Of a stretch of DNA of 64,000 nt, positions 43,937 to 55,699 are shown piece by piece. The stretch is from the NCBI GenBank assembly GCA_000091205.1, contig AP006485.2; one strand, 5' to 3'. The first letter of the stretch is position 1. Each line of letters opens with the position of its first letter. The position numbers and the translations under genes are program-made. Source of the DNA: Cyanidioschyzon merolae. Lineage: Eukaryota. The notes under the pieces are model-generated. The model was given only the letters and a program-made list of their open reading frames with translations. It did no database searches and was not told the DNA's origin.

Positions 43937-44940
43937 ATCCTTTTTCTTCTGGCATCAGAGTAGCCGGCTGATGTATGCGAGTCACCTTCGACCGCAACAA
44001 TTCCGATTTATGCAATGCTGTAAATGGAGCATGCATGAGCGACTGCAGTGGGAGCACCTATCAGTCGAGCAAGCGTTCTTCTTTAGAGCTTTTATGCAGC
44101 ACACGGGGCCTCTTTTGCTGATGACTGCTTCTGTCGGAGATCTTTTGAGCTGGGCTGAACCTGCACAGCGGGAACGTTTAGAGGAATGTTGCGCAGACCA
44201 TTACCCGGATTTTGAGACTAGCGTAGCTGCTCCAAATAGATGCCATTGGTGAATATTGTGTTCCAACTCAATTTCGTTTCAATTCCGCTGCGGAGTATAA
44301 CAGGAAATCGAAATCACTATGCAATGTATGGATTAGAGCGCAGACGAATTTCCTAAAGGATGTATTCTTTATCGAGCAGTGCGATGAGGACTGCACTCCT
44401 TGTTCAGGTTATTCATGCCCCAGTACTCAGATGCCAGGGAACACTGAAAGAAACGAGTAGATGCGCTTCAGGCAGAAAACCGATTCTCTCGAAGACTGCT
44501 TGCAGGTCAATGGTAAGAAAAGACATGTTGATCACGTAATGGTAAGCAAAGCGCGACGACTGCAGACGCCACTGGCGTCTCTTTTTCTCAACAGCCTGTC
44601 CGCGTGGTCCTGCAAACACCGGGATGAAGTCCCAAAAAAGTCCCACTTCACTCACGGCCATCTTCCATCGAAATCGCAAAGACAGATTATCATGATATTC
44701 GCGATCCGCATGGAGCAGAGGAACGTCGATTTGTTTTCTCAGACGATGATAGTTCCTTCGGCAGAGGTAGTCCGAGCGTATACGTTGTTTCTCGGAGATG
44801 TGGCCTTTGTATGTAAGATCGAACTTGAAGTGAACTCCGACATCATCTGTTCTAGCTGCAGTGGATTCTTTTAGAGGCCCCAACTTCGCTCATAGAGAAG
44901 GCTTATACAACAGCGTCCACGTTGTCGAATTATTCAAAAC

Positions 44941-45159
44941 TTGTACTTGACTTCTGGGGACGTCCATCTTTTAGACTACCTGGCAAGTGGCCATTACCCT
45001 TGCGTTCGAGCTATTGCGGATTCTGTCCGTTTTGAACTGCCTTCTTTCTCTCTTTACACTTCGTTTTACAACCCTATCGAAGGAGTATTTTGTATCCAAA
45101 AACGCAATGATCGCTCCGTTGCGCGAACCGGCCAGGCGTTCAGAATGGTGGCACACTAG
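44941..45159 (+). mobile_element. F4: short fragment of the TnpB/Fanzor-like family (RuvC-II region)
   Basis: YNPIEGVFCIQKRNDRSVARTGQAF against F1 FIPIEGVFCILKSNDHSTGRIAETF. Confidence 0.4.
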
Positions 45160-45666
45160 AGCACATTTCGTCTTCTCCCGCAAGTTCTTCTTGCCCCGGG
45201 GAAGTCCTCACCTGAACATATGAAGAAGTTCGTTCATTTTCAAATGTAATCTGGATAAGGGAAAGTAAGGGTATGGAAGGTGAGGATCCTGGAAGGCTGA
45301 CGTCGACCGCTGCTAGAAAAAGACGAAAAACAGTTTTAAACCCGGAAGAACAAGACAATACGAAGAAGCAAATAGAGAGGTCAGACTTCAAAGGCTGCAC
45401 AAAAGGCGACATTACGACGAGACGGTGGTGGAAGCAAGTCTTATTGGACATATCAAGGGTCTCCACGAGCCAAATTTGCAAGAGGCCATCACGAACTGTT
45501 CTGAGTCGTGCTCCAGTAATATTTGCAACGCTTCTTCAGGTCTGATGCATTTGGTCAGGGAGATGTATCGCGACGTGACGCATGTGGAAGCGGTTGAGAT
45601 TCCGGACGAGTTCTTCGACAAGACCTTTATTCGTCACCTAATATTTGGCACAGGAGGAACCTCGAC

Positions 45667-47440
45667 GTGAGACAATCGCTTGCTCGCCTTCTACGAATAT
45701 CACGCCGAATGCCGCTCCGACGGTACTCGATACAGGGGTTACCGGGATATTTACAGCCATGGAGCGATGGATTACCTCACGAACCTCAAGAACCATTTGA
45801 CAATGAACCTCGAAAGCTTCATGATTCGCTCCACCTTTGCATTCTACCGGGACCTGTCTCGCAAAGGAATATGGGCCATCATCGGTGTCATCACGAACGA
45901 CCCCATCATGAGGATGAGATCGAATTCCTAGACAAGAAGACGCCATTCTGGAGAACTAATGAAGGTTCTGTAATCCGTGTGGCTCTCGACGACCACCGTG
46001 CGGTACTTGGACTGGCGAATCCAGTAGAAAAGGCATCAGATATGCTAAAAGATGAAAAAATATTACCCCCTCATCCTGCACTCTTTCGTGATCCTGAACT
46101 GAGAGCTCGAACGCAAGGCCGGAATGGAGCACGGCCTGAAAGCAGATAGAGACGAAGAAGCGGAAGGGTTTTCTGCACGAGAAGCTTTAACTTCGTCCCA
46201 TTTTTCACAATCAAGTCATACTTTGTGACAATCGACTTGTGAGTCCTTTATGGCACAATGGAATCTGTCCGAAGTTCGATGTAAGCAGGGAGGAATTTAT
46301 AGGCGAGAACAGGGAGCCTTATTGGAAGAATATCTTCGATTTCAAATGTCTCGAAACGAGCAGGAAAACTTATTTGCCGGGACAATCGAACACGATGGAG
46401 TATGCAAACGTGTTCACTGTAGTAGCTTGAAGGTGGATCGTCGTATTTTGTCTTCGTTGTCGCCCATGAAGAGCCATGTAGGAAACAAGGAGGCGGGCTC
46501 TACTACGCAGGAAGTGCAGAAGAACGACTTCATTGTAAGCGTGGACCCAGGGAACACGAATATCGTTACCATCGCGGCATCCAAGTGCCGAAAAGATGGC
46601 GTCGATGGCAACTTATGCCAGAAAGACATGCGTCTTTTAAAGTTCTCGAGAGCGAGAAAACACGGAGAATCGGGAATAATGAATGCAAGGAAGAAAAGTG
46701 AGACGTGGGACACAGGAATGAAAGAGCATCTGGAAGCGATCATCCAGGTGACGAGTCGTGGAGCGGACTTTGAAGTTTTGCGAGAATTCATAAAATTTCA
46801 GAATGCTCATGACGAGGAGCTGTGGAAAGAGGATACAAAGCCGCTATGGGCTCGTCAGCGACTGAATCTGCTCGGAGGGAGGCAGCGTGCATTCGCCAAC
46901 TTTTTTCAATGAGTTGAGCGCCCTCAAGGAGGACAAGAGTCAAAGCTTGGTGATAGCATACGGAGCAGGGCACTGGGTGACCCAAAAGGGGAGCATACCA
47001 GCTCCATCGAAAAGAGCGCACAAGGAGTGCGCACTCCCTTTCGAAGTGATACCGGTGTATAAATTCCGAACCACATACCTGCATCATGAGGTGGGATGCA
47101 CAATTCAGAGGGGCGAAATAGAGAAAAGCAAGCGGAGCGCTGATAGAGCAGGAAATAGCACAAGGGGCACGAGTTCGAGAACCTCTTCCATTAGTCAGGT
47201 CAAGCAGCGGCAGGAAACGAATGGAATTCGTGAATTGAGACTTGAAACTACCTATAATATCAGGAGATGTGCGGTGCTTGAAGGGAGATCTCCGGAGCTG
47301 ACGCGAACGAACTTTGTGGAGCAGCCTCCGGGGCTCAATTTGTATTAGGAGAAGCTGAAGCCGGCAGCACGGCTGCGGACGAAACAGGTAGGGAGGTGCC
47401 TGCAGCTAGATACTAATTTCGCTTCCATGGTTGCGAAACT
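45667..47440 (+). mobile_element. F2: pseudogenised TnpB/Fanzor-like element (plus strand), frameshifted
   Basis: N-terminal homology VLGLANPVEKAS (compare F1 VLAVMQSLDTVEKS). RuvC-I with the Asp retained (FIVSVDPGNTNIVTIA). A frameshift lies near 46900 (AFANFF | NELSALK...VIAYGAGHW). The Zn-ribbon region is KFRTTYLHHEVGCTIQRG. A degenerate RuvC-III is split over two frames (MEFVN / TYNIRRC). The C-terminal LTRTNFVEQP matches F1 and F3. Sequence 3' of the stop resembles the RepC right end (agaagctgaa..ccgg..cagctagatact). Confidence 0.5.
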
Positions 47441-47570
47441 TTTTCGTTTCGAGAGGAGTTGACTCGCTGCGGTTTTTTCGCCAAAATCGTGGCTGCGAAG
47501 TCTCCGGAGAGCAGGCATTTTCAATAGTAAATTTAACAGCTTCCAAAGGTCCGACAGTTCCTTTCGCGGA

Positions 47571-50027
47571 ATGGAGTCGGACGACGAAGTGATAACTTGC
47601 GATGGACGGAGTGCGCTTCCTTCCTTAGCAGCGTACTCAGACGTTTCGGAGCATGTTGAACCGCTCATCAGATCGAAAGCTCTCCGTTTATACGAAGACC
47701 TGTTTTTGGCCTGCTCGGAGTGTCCGGATAGGTTTCCTTTCAACATCGCGATGGGCCTTCACGACTTGTATGTTTCGATTTTTCGGGCTCTAGCGGAAAC
47801 AGCCTCGGATCCAGGAGACTCTAGCGAACTCGGGAAATTACTTGCAGACCTGAGGTCTCAGCGTAATCTCTGGCTCTTATTGCACATCATGGACAACGCT
47901 GATTGTGAAGCTCGTAGAACAGTTTCTCAAAAACGTATGTCGCCCATGTGCACTCGGAGAGAGCGTCCTGCTGCTATCGACCAGCTCTCACGACAGATCT
48001 CGATTGATGGAAGCGGGTTCCTACCAAATCCGCTCGAAACGCTCCCCATGGTCACTTCCTGTCGTCGAGTGCTGGAGTGGCTGGAGCGTACGTCTGCACT
48101 GGACCTCGACTCCTCCATGGGGGCACACTATGCTGCACTGGCTGAGCTGGGAAGTCTGTGGGATCCGTCATATCGCTGGGGGCTCTCCCTGACCAACGGC
48201 ACTGCATTTGACATGGACGCTCCGTTTCGTGGTGATCTGCGGCTAGCTGATGAGGATTTAGAGGCCGATGAGCGAATCTGCCGGGCTTGCTTTGGCCTTC
48301 TCCGCTGCGGTCGACTAGAGCATGCTCTAGAGCTGCTGCGACGCACTGGTCAGCACTGGAGGGCGGCGCTTTTCCAGGGAGGCCATTCTGCAGCCCTGGA
48401 AGCGGCCGACGGATCAGATGGTTCGCACTGGATTCTTTGGCGAAAGATGGCTCGTGACATCTCGAAGCTGGATGTGCAGAACTTTTGGGAGCGTTCAATA
48501 CTCTGCCTGCTCTCGGGAGGAGCGGTGCCAGTATCTCTGCTTGACGCACCATCCATGGAGGATCGGTTATGGGTTCGACTTTGGAGCCTTTTAGATGAAT
48601 TCATCGGAAGTCGATTGGCCATCCTGTTGCGAGCCAGTACCAACCAAAGCACGTACTTGGAATCTCAGAAGCCGTCGAGCATTACATCATCCGAGGAGAC
48701 AATTTTTTCAACTGCTTCGGACATTCCAAACGAAAGTTTGTTTAAGGCTATCAAGGAAAGTGGGACTCGGGCAGACTCATCAAGGGCCGCGCAGCTTTTC
48801 GCCATTTTGCCACTAATAGTCGATCCGAGCACACGCTCGCAGGAAGAAATCCTTCGCACTTTACTGAAGAATGCCCGTGACACGTCAGAGTCACCGTCAG
48901 ATTTTCCGGATGATTCGAGCGATGAGCGGATTGTAAGCGACCTATCCCATTTTTCGCTCTGCATTGCCACTCATCTCCATTGGTATCTAACCGCTTCGAA
49001 ATCGGATGGTTGCTGCTCGGAGACGCACCTTTTAGGGGACTTACTTCTATGTGCTTTTATTCAACGGTTAAGAGAGTTTAGCGGGAAATGTGAATCATTT
49101 CTCGACTTACTGGCGCGTTATACTTTGGCCATTTCTGCAAAAGAGCTGCGAATTAGGGCAGTTATCCGTCTCTTATGGAACAGTCCCATCGCTGAAATCC
49201 GTGACATAATTTCTGCGGTTGATGAAGTTTCGCGTTCTAATGAAGAGGCCGAAATATTCGCAGATATTGTTCTTGAGTTTTGGAGCTTTGCTTGGACGCA
49301 TGTTCGGGAACAGCTGCGCTCTGGAGTGGGATCCGTCGATGAAAAGGACCTCCACAGGCTAGAGTATTGCCTCGATCTGCTCAAGGAACTTGGTGATAAC
49401 TTTGCTAGCGTCCACGCTTCCAGTTTAATGCAGGTTATAAGAGAATTTTACTCAAAAGATCAAATTTCAGCTACGAAATCGATGATACGGAGAGAGCGCG
49501 AGAGTGGCCATCCAAATATAAGGCTCCAAGAGGACGCAGAGTGGCAGTGCTGGTGCGCGCTTCTTGAAACAGAGGATCTCTACCTGCAGTGGACGGACTA
49601 TATGTTCGACCGAGGCCCCACTCGAAGACCCCGAAGACCGCAGAGTGACGACATCTCCGAGCTTGAATCGTACGAGATATCATTGCGTGAGTGGCTCAAG
49701 GGAGTTGATGATCTTGCTCTCCAAGCACTACACAGCTGCTTGAACTTGCTGCATGCAATTGCCTATCTTATACACGACCGGAATCTCGAATCCAGCTCGT
49801 CCGATCTAAGTTTTTGTGTCCGAATATGGTGCTCAAATCTTCTCTCCAACGTCTACGAAATCTCACAGAACCCAACGGCGTGTCGAGTCTTACCGCGTCG
49901 CGCAGACGTTTTTGTGGACTTGATGAGCTTCATTCCCCCCGAGACGCTTCGCTTATTGACGCAAAGATTAGGTCATGCTTGGACTGTCGTCAGGACGCGA
50001 AAGGAGCTGTCCATGTATGATCAATGA
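47571..50027 (+). CDS. Nucleoporin Nup107/Nup84-family protein
   Basis: 818 aa alpha-solenoid ORF. The segment ...CRACFGLLRCGRLEHALELLRRTGQHWRAALFQGG resembles the conserved Nup84/Nup107 GQxWRAA(T)L core. ATG at 47571. Confidence 0.45.
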   Translation: MESDDEVITCDGRSALPSLAAYSDVSEHVEPLIRSKALRLYEDLFLACSECPDRFPFNIAMGLHDLYVSIFRALAETASDPGDSSELGKLLADLRSQRNLWLLLHIMDNADCEARRTVSQKRMSPMCTRRERPAAIDQLSRQISIDGSGFLPNPLETLPMVTSCRRVLEWLERTSALDLDSSMGAHYAALAELGSLWDPSYRWGLSLTNGTAFDMDAPFRGDLRLADEDLEADERICRACFGLLRCGRLEHALELLRRTGQHWRAALFQGGHSAALEAADGSDGSHWILWRKMARDISKLDVQNFWERSILCLLSGGAVPVSLLDAPSMEDRLWVRLWSLLDEFIGSRLAILLRASTNQSTYLESQKPSSITSSEETIFSTASDIPNESLFKAIKESGTRADSSRAAQLFAILPLIVDPSTRSQEEILRTLLKNARDTSESPSDFPDDSSDERIVSDLSHFSLCIATHLHWYLTASKSDGCCSETHLLGDLLLCAFIQRLREFSGKCESFLDLLARYTLAISAKELRIRAVIRLLWNSPIAEIRDIISAVDEVSRSNEEAEIFADIVLEFWSFAWTHVREQLRSGVGSVDEKDLHRLEYCLDLLKELGDNFASVHASSLMQVIREFYSKDQISATKSMIRRERESGHPNIRLQEDAEWQCWCALLETEDLYLQWTDYMFDRGPTRRPRRPQSDDISELESYEISLREWLKGVDDLALQALHSCLNLLHAIAYLIHDRNLESSSSDLSFCVRIWCSNLLSNVYEISQNPTACRVLPRRADVFVDLMSFIPPETLRLLTQRLGHAWTVVRTRKELSMYDQ

Positions 50028-51520
50028 AACGAAAATGTTCTGACCATACAGTGCATAAATACATCCACTTCCAAACGCCTCCGAGCCTCGTTTGACGGCC
50101 CCCGGCTACCTGCTTGAGCTTTCCCTTGAGCAAATCGAGCGTGAGAGGCTGCCCTACAAAATTTGACCGCCCCAGCTCCTCGGGGCTCGTATTCTGCACC
50201 ACACGTCGTCTGATATGGATGGACGCAATGAAGTCTCGGCTCTCGAACTCCACACGTTTATTGCCTCTGGTGGAACTCGCAATTGCAAGGATAGGTAGAC
50301 CTCGTGCACTCTGTGCCACTGCGGCTTCGTCATGCTCTCATTGCGCGAACACATTTCCCCACCTATCTCCCCTTTTCTTACCCTTCTTCTTCGTCACTTG
50401 CTCTTCTTCGCTCGATTGCCGGCGAGAAGAGGATTTTTCGTCCATCCCCGACTACCGAAGATAACCGCATTCCGGGGCCCACGAGTTGCGTATCGATACC
50501 GTTCCCTTGGAATTTTCGTTTCTTCAACTGAAGACACTGCTCTATGCCGTTAGGTGAGGACCTTCCCGCACCGAGCAGCACATGCGGAAGAAAGACAAAA
50601 TGCGCCCCGATGTGTCACCGTGCGCTGAATGCTTCAGCGATTCGCCCGGTGGAACGGTCATTAGGTCTCACGATAGAAAACATTCCGCCGATGCAGTTGG
50701 AACACGGAGCGCACGGAGGAATGAAAAGCAGCTTTGCCCCGAGAGAATCAGCAAAAGCTCGACCGCAAGGGTAATAATGAAATGTCACGCTGTCCAAGAG
50801 AAGAATATCGCCAGACGCCAGGGGAAAAGTCTTTTGTGATTTGACGAAGTGGTTGGTGCTGCTGTATGAGCCTTCTCTACGAGCGAAAACCGAGGCATCC
50901 AAATGAATCCACTCTAGCGAGAAGAGATTGGTCCGCGCTCTCTTCGGGTTCGATCGTGGATACATGGGGCTCCCTGCCCCGCGAATACCCATGTACATTC
51001 CGACCGATTCTTCTGGAACAAGTCTCATTGGCTGGAAAAATGAACCGACGTCCCTAAGGATCATACCGATTGAGACGTTCTAGGAACACTGTAGATGCGA
51101 TTTTGGTGCAAGATGGCCGTGACTGACGTTGGAACTTTTCTGCGATTGTACCCATCGTTTTCAGGATCAGACGAATTTGCTGTTAAGAAACAGAGATGCC
51201 CCAGGTGGCTTCGATTGAGGGTTTTACTTTCAGCAAAAGATTATCAATGATCCGTTTTCTACCATTTACAGAAACCAGTCCTTGAGAATGATAGTTTTTG
51301 AGCGCAGCTCGTATACTTGTTTCGTTCAGTGGCCCTCGACCATCTGGTTTCTGTGGTGTGACTGACCTTAATGTGGAAACCAGTCTTTCTTGCATTATTA
51401 TGTAAAGAATCTATTCTACAGGCGATTAATCTAAGATCTATGAGGTACGTTCGATAGTGACTTCGATCTCCCGCTAAATACCGCAGTAATTTGGAAAAGA
51501 ATTGAGCTAGAAGAGTCGAA
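49990..51520 (-). mobile_element. F3: pseudogenised TnpB/Fanzor-like element (minus strand)
   Basis: N-terminal ORF 51183..51395 (…SIRAALKNY, compare F1 SIRRRLVDH). YMGIRGAGSP is a RuvC-I with the Asp lost. FADSLGAKLLFI is present. A degenerate RuvC-III KRVEFESRDFIASIHIRRR is followed by LGRSNFVGQPLTLDLLKGKLKQVAGGR. The left-end DNA at 51400-51515 is colinear with F1 30700-30845. Confidence 0.5.
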
Positions 51521-51545
51521 TAATATTACAAAAGCGCGCCACTGG

Positions 51546-52415
51546 ATGACGCCTTTCAAAAACCTCTTGGCAGCTTTTCTTCCAGCGGTAATGGACTTTA
51601 GCGCTGCTTCAGGAGGAGACGACCACTTGAATCATTTATATGAGAAAGGCCTGCTCGTGAGGCCCGGAGATTTGCGTAGAGTTTTGAACGAAACTTCTCA
51701 GTGTACTCCCAACGGTCTCTACCAAGCTGATGGTACGGGCATAGTACGCTCGGCCCGAGTACAGCAGAGAAGGCTTATAGTGTTGTTGCCCGCAATCCTG
51801 CAGATTGAGACAGTAAAGGGAACCGGAAACGATGAGTCGGACAAGTTGCTGACTTTTGGTTGGATAACGGGAATGAAAACAGCCACACCGCACTTGAACT
51901 TTCTCCGCACAGATGGACGTCACGTATGTCTTAGAGGACGTTTTATCCGTCCAAGAAATACAATTTTGATCCTGAAAAATATGAGTGGATTCCAAAGAAA
52001 GCGTCTACTTCGAGTAGAAGATGTCATCGAGGAAGTTCTTGTTTTTGATGGGCAATTGATAGAGACGGATGATCAAGGTCATCCTTCAGATAGACCAGAG
52101 CACATAAGGGCAGTGCGTCGCATAGCGTGCGCTACACCGAAAATTGTGGTGACTGCAGATAATGCAGCACCTGGCCAATCCGGAGGTCCTAGCGTACCAG
52201 AAAATATGCAAGGAAGACATGTGGGGCAGGCGCTTGAGTGTACCTTAGTCTGCGAGGAAATGCGCGCCCGTGGTGAGCTATCACGAATCCCTGCCGGAGG
52301 TTTGACTGGACATCTCTCTGAGGAGGAGCAACTTCAACTGAGTGAACAGCATAAGAGGCTCTATACGGTGATAGAGGAAACGTTTGCTGCCCATGCTATG
52401 ATTGATATGAACTGA
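51546..52415 (+). CDS. hypothetical protein with a trypsin/HtrA-like GxSGGP motif (VVTADNAAPGQSGGPSV)
   Basis: ATG ORF of 289 aa. The motif resembles the Deg/HtrA TDAAINPGNSGGP loop, but the rest of the catalytic triad is not evident. Confidence 0.2.
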   Translation: MTPFKNLLAAFLPAVMDFSAASGGDDHLNHLYEKGLLVRPGDLRRVLNETSQCTPNGLYQADGTGIVRSARVQQRRLIVLLPAILQIETVKGTGNDESDKLLTFGWITGMKTATPHLNFLRTDGRHVCLRGRFIRPRNTILILKNMSGFQRKRLLRVEDVIEEVLVFDGQLIETDDQGHPSDRPEHIRAVRRIACATPKIVVTADNAAPGQSGGPSVPENMQGRHVGQALECTLVCEEMRARGELSRIPAGGLTGHLSEEEQLQLSEQHKRLYTVIEETFAAHAMIDMN

Positions 52416-53890
52416 ATTACGCAAGACATTGCTGTCATCGGGATGTCGCATCATATGGCACGGAAGCTTCCCATTAAGGACTCATGAGACAAATCACAAT
52501 TGCTGCTTCATTAACTGGGCCATAACGTGTGCCATTTTCAGCTGTTTGGACATCCGTAAGGCGCAGCAGCAAAAGTGCCTGCCGAGGGAGACGCTTGTCC
52601 AAATACGAGGCAGTAGACCAAACGAGAATTACGTTTCCATCTCGGTCGCATGCCAATTTCGTCCTGAGCGTTTTTTTAAACATGATGCAGACGACGTTTT
52701 GTACTTTCTGGGAGATGGTGGCCGTGGAAAGCTCTGAAACGAGTTTGAGAATCAGGGAGCGTGTATCATTTATTTCGTCGTTCCTCTCATTATCTGGAAT
52801 TGAGTGTCTTATGTGCGCATCTAAGAGCATGAATGTAATATATAAGAATGGGTCGAATCAACTTCGCAAGACCGGAGAACTACTGGGCGACAGCAAATTA
52901 CGATTTCTTTCAGAGTCCGGCGTAGTTGTGGACTAAGTGTGGGACGCCCGCAGATCTTTGTCAAAAGGTGCCTCTACATTTGATTTATGCACAGCTATGC
53001 GGAACTGTTTGCAAACAGTGAAGAATATAGCGGATTATAAGAGGCTGAGAGCAGATAATCTTTTGCTTAAAATGCTTAATCAGAACGGACCACGCGAAAT
53101 TTCAGACAAGCTTTGTGGTTGCAAAGAGAAGTGGACCACCGTGATCGGATCTTACGCAGGCCAAATTCGAGTTCGCAGCAGGGCACGGAAATTTGGCTGT
53201 TTCATTACGTAAAGGTTAGTGAAGGGGATGCACCCCTCTGAGTTACATTCATTCAGACTGTGGGGTTTATAGCTTGACTGTGACAGTAAGAAAGTAAGTC
53301 CGAAAGCTGCGTGTGCGTTTTCGTCGCAGAGAAGGGCGATTCATAAACAAATATGTTTCTTGCCAGATATTGTGACGTATTCGAGATACACAGAAACCGC
53401 GATCTTCTTCCTTCTAAACCAGCTTCCATGAAGCGAGCGAACAACGTGTCCCTCTGAGCCTGGATAGCAGCGTTCATGGTTTGCATCAAGAATCACTCAG
53501 TGCCAAGAGAGCGTGATGAGCAACTCGCACTTCGTGGATTGATGATAATGGAGGCCCTTATTCGATCAAACGCAAAGATGTACATTTGCAAAGTGGAGGA
53601 CTCGTACACCTAAATATTTTTCACTGTTCAGCGAGTATGTTGCGCCAAGTGAGCATACAAATCAAAAAAAATGCGTGAAAAAATTGCCGCATCCATCTTC
53701 AAGGCGACCAACATTGGCGTATAACGATGCGCATAAGTGCAATGGCGGGAAACGCAGAAATCAGCTGTCCCTACAGATATTCCCTTTTAAAGCAAACAGA
53801 ACAGAGGGAGGAAATGGCATGAAATCTGCAAGGGTAACAGTGTAGGGGCAGGACCCTGTGGGTACCATTTGCTCACGCGCTAGGGTACCG

Positions 53891-54488
53891 AAGTCAGCAC
53901 TAAATGGAAAAGATCTACGCAGACTGACACCGGCGTACATTCTCGTGTTTGGGTTGCTTCCCAATGAAGTCCAAACCAGCCTTTGAAGTATTTTTCTCTA
54001 CATCCGCTTCCTTCTTGCTCGATCCTGGTACCGACTTTAAATACGCTTGTTTCACATACAACTCCAGTTTTGATGGTAGCAGCCGAAAGATGTTGATGGC
54101 AGTGTTAGGGTCCCTGTTTCGGTGCCTCCGCCTGTAGTCCCAGCATTTGATGCTCATATGGCATTTGCCATCTGCGTTGAGCTCGCCAGTTTTATAATCG
54201 CTGTACATTGCCTCGTTGCGCTCTTCGTGGATGTGAAACTATTCTGCGGTTAGGTGTTCCTATGCGTCCACCACAGCTCGCAATCCGTGGGCGGCCCTGT
54301 GGCGCTTGAATGCTTGCGTCAGCGTATGGTCCACGTCGTTGATGGGTACAGAAGGCTCTCCTCGGTGCCGTCCGCCAATTCCGCGCCCGATACCGTACCC
54401 AGCAATCAGGAGCTTTTTCCGCACGACAACCTCAACGAGTGTTCTGTCCGGCGCACACGCAAGTTTATGGTCTTATTTTTCGTAAGGG
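53891..54488 (-). mobile_element. RepD copy 1: second TnpB/Fanzor-like family, 3' portion (Zn ribbon + RuvC-III)
   Basis: Minus-strand ORF 53915..54208: ...GKCHMSIKCWDYRRRHRNRDPNTAINIFRLLPSKLELYVKQ matches the C-x6-C...R-D-x-N-x-A-I-N-I signature. An upstream frame encodes KKLLIAGYGIGRGIGG...TQAFKRH. The copy is truncated relative to copy 2 at about 54488. Confidence 0.5.
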
Positions 54489-54784
54489 CACCATTCGGAA
54501 CGCTGGAGGGGTCCTATTCTCCCCTGACGAGAAGACCGGATCACGTGCTGGGATCAAATTGAAATTGGCGTTGCGATTTTGCGCTTTGCCGACAAATTAA
54601 ATTCGATGGCCGAAACCATTTCCGAAAGTTTGCGCATTGCCCGCTGGTATTCACAGAAATTTACTAGAATATTGTTCGGAGAAAGAGTCATTTTTATTGT
54701 AAAATGCTTTACGTTCGCATCGATATTATTCCCGACGGATAATTTACTTCAGGAAATGTTTGGCACGCCTCTACCGCGCGGTCT

Positions 54785-55699
54785 CTAGATTTCATGGAAG
54801 ACTATATCATGCTTTTCGTGCTTAAATAGATACTTCCGGTCACCTTCTGCTTCATCTGTTGGTTTCAATATTTTTAAAATCCCTGTGGCATGACGAGAAT
54901 GGCCGGATGCAAATCTCTCAACGCAGAATATCCGATCCGCTCGACTTCGTAGTTGCACGAGATTAGCCCTCTTTTCCATATCTTTATGAACCGCCAAAAG
55001 GATCGCAAGCGAGGGAACAGGAATCTCATTCGATTCCCTTCTGACCCAGTCCAAAAAGGAGATAACTGACGTCGTGTCGTCATCGACGAGCCGTTGGACA
55101 CCTGTTACACTGTGAATCACAAGCAGCGTACTACTCGTACGCGAAACGCTTTCTTGTTGGTGATATCCAACAACAAAGTGCAAGAATTCTTCAATACTAC
55201 TCCAGTGTTCTTTCGCATTGCGCACCTCCTCCGTTGTAGTTCTCACTGTGCACAGCTGTGGACCATCCGGCAGGCTTTGCCAGCTGTCAATGACGAGACG
55301 AGGCGTTGACACTGGAGCAGTGGAGGAATCCCTCCCTGAATAGTCGCAGGAAAAGCGGAAGAAACGCAATCTCGAAAGCGGCCTGGAGTTAGAGTCCTGT
55401 ACTTTGACCGCAGCACTTCCGTGTTGCCTTCCTGAATCTCGAGTAAAGAAGCTGGCGATTTCTTCCGTATCCACAACAACTATTTCAAGGTTTGAAAAGC
55501 CCGTGGCTTCTTGCAAAACCTTGACCACAAAAGGGGTTGCCGAACACTGCGCCTCGTCTTCAAGGAGAGTCACAAGTAACCGAGATACGCTTTGATCAGT
55601 GCAGGTTTCGTACTGGCTCCACCAAAAACTTGGAAATCCACAAGCCGCCGCCGTTGTCTTGTCCCAGCCAATCGTACTGGCCAAAAAGTCGCGCTCCAT
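54785..55699 (-). CDS. hypothetical protein (304 aa)
   Basis: Long minus-strand ORF with protein-like composition. No domain recognised. Confidence 0.3.
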   Translation of the reverse strand: MERDFLASTIGWDKTTAAACGFPSFWWSQYETCTDQSVSRLLVTLLEDEAQCSATPFVVKVLQEATGFSNLEIVVVDTEEIASFFTRDSGRQHGSAAVKVQDSNSRPLSRLRFFRFSCDYSGRDSSTAPVSTPRLVIDSWQSLPDGPQLCTVRTTTEEVRNAKEHWSSIEEFLHFVVGYHQQESVSRTSSTLLVIHSVTGVQRLVDDDTTSVISFLDWVRRESNEIPVPSLAILLAVHKDMEKRANLVQLRSRADRIFCVERFASGHSRHATGILKILKPTDEAEGDRKYLFKHEKHDIVFHEI

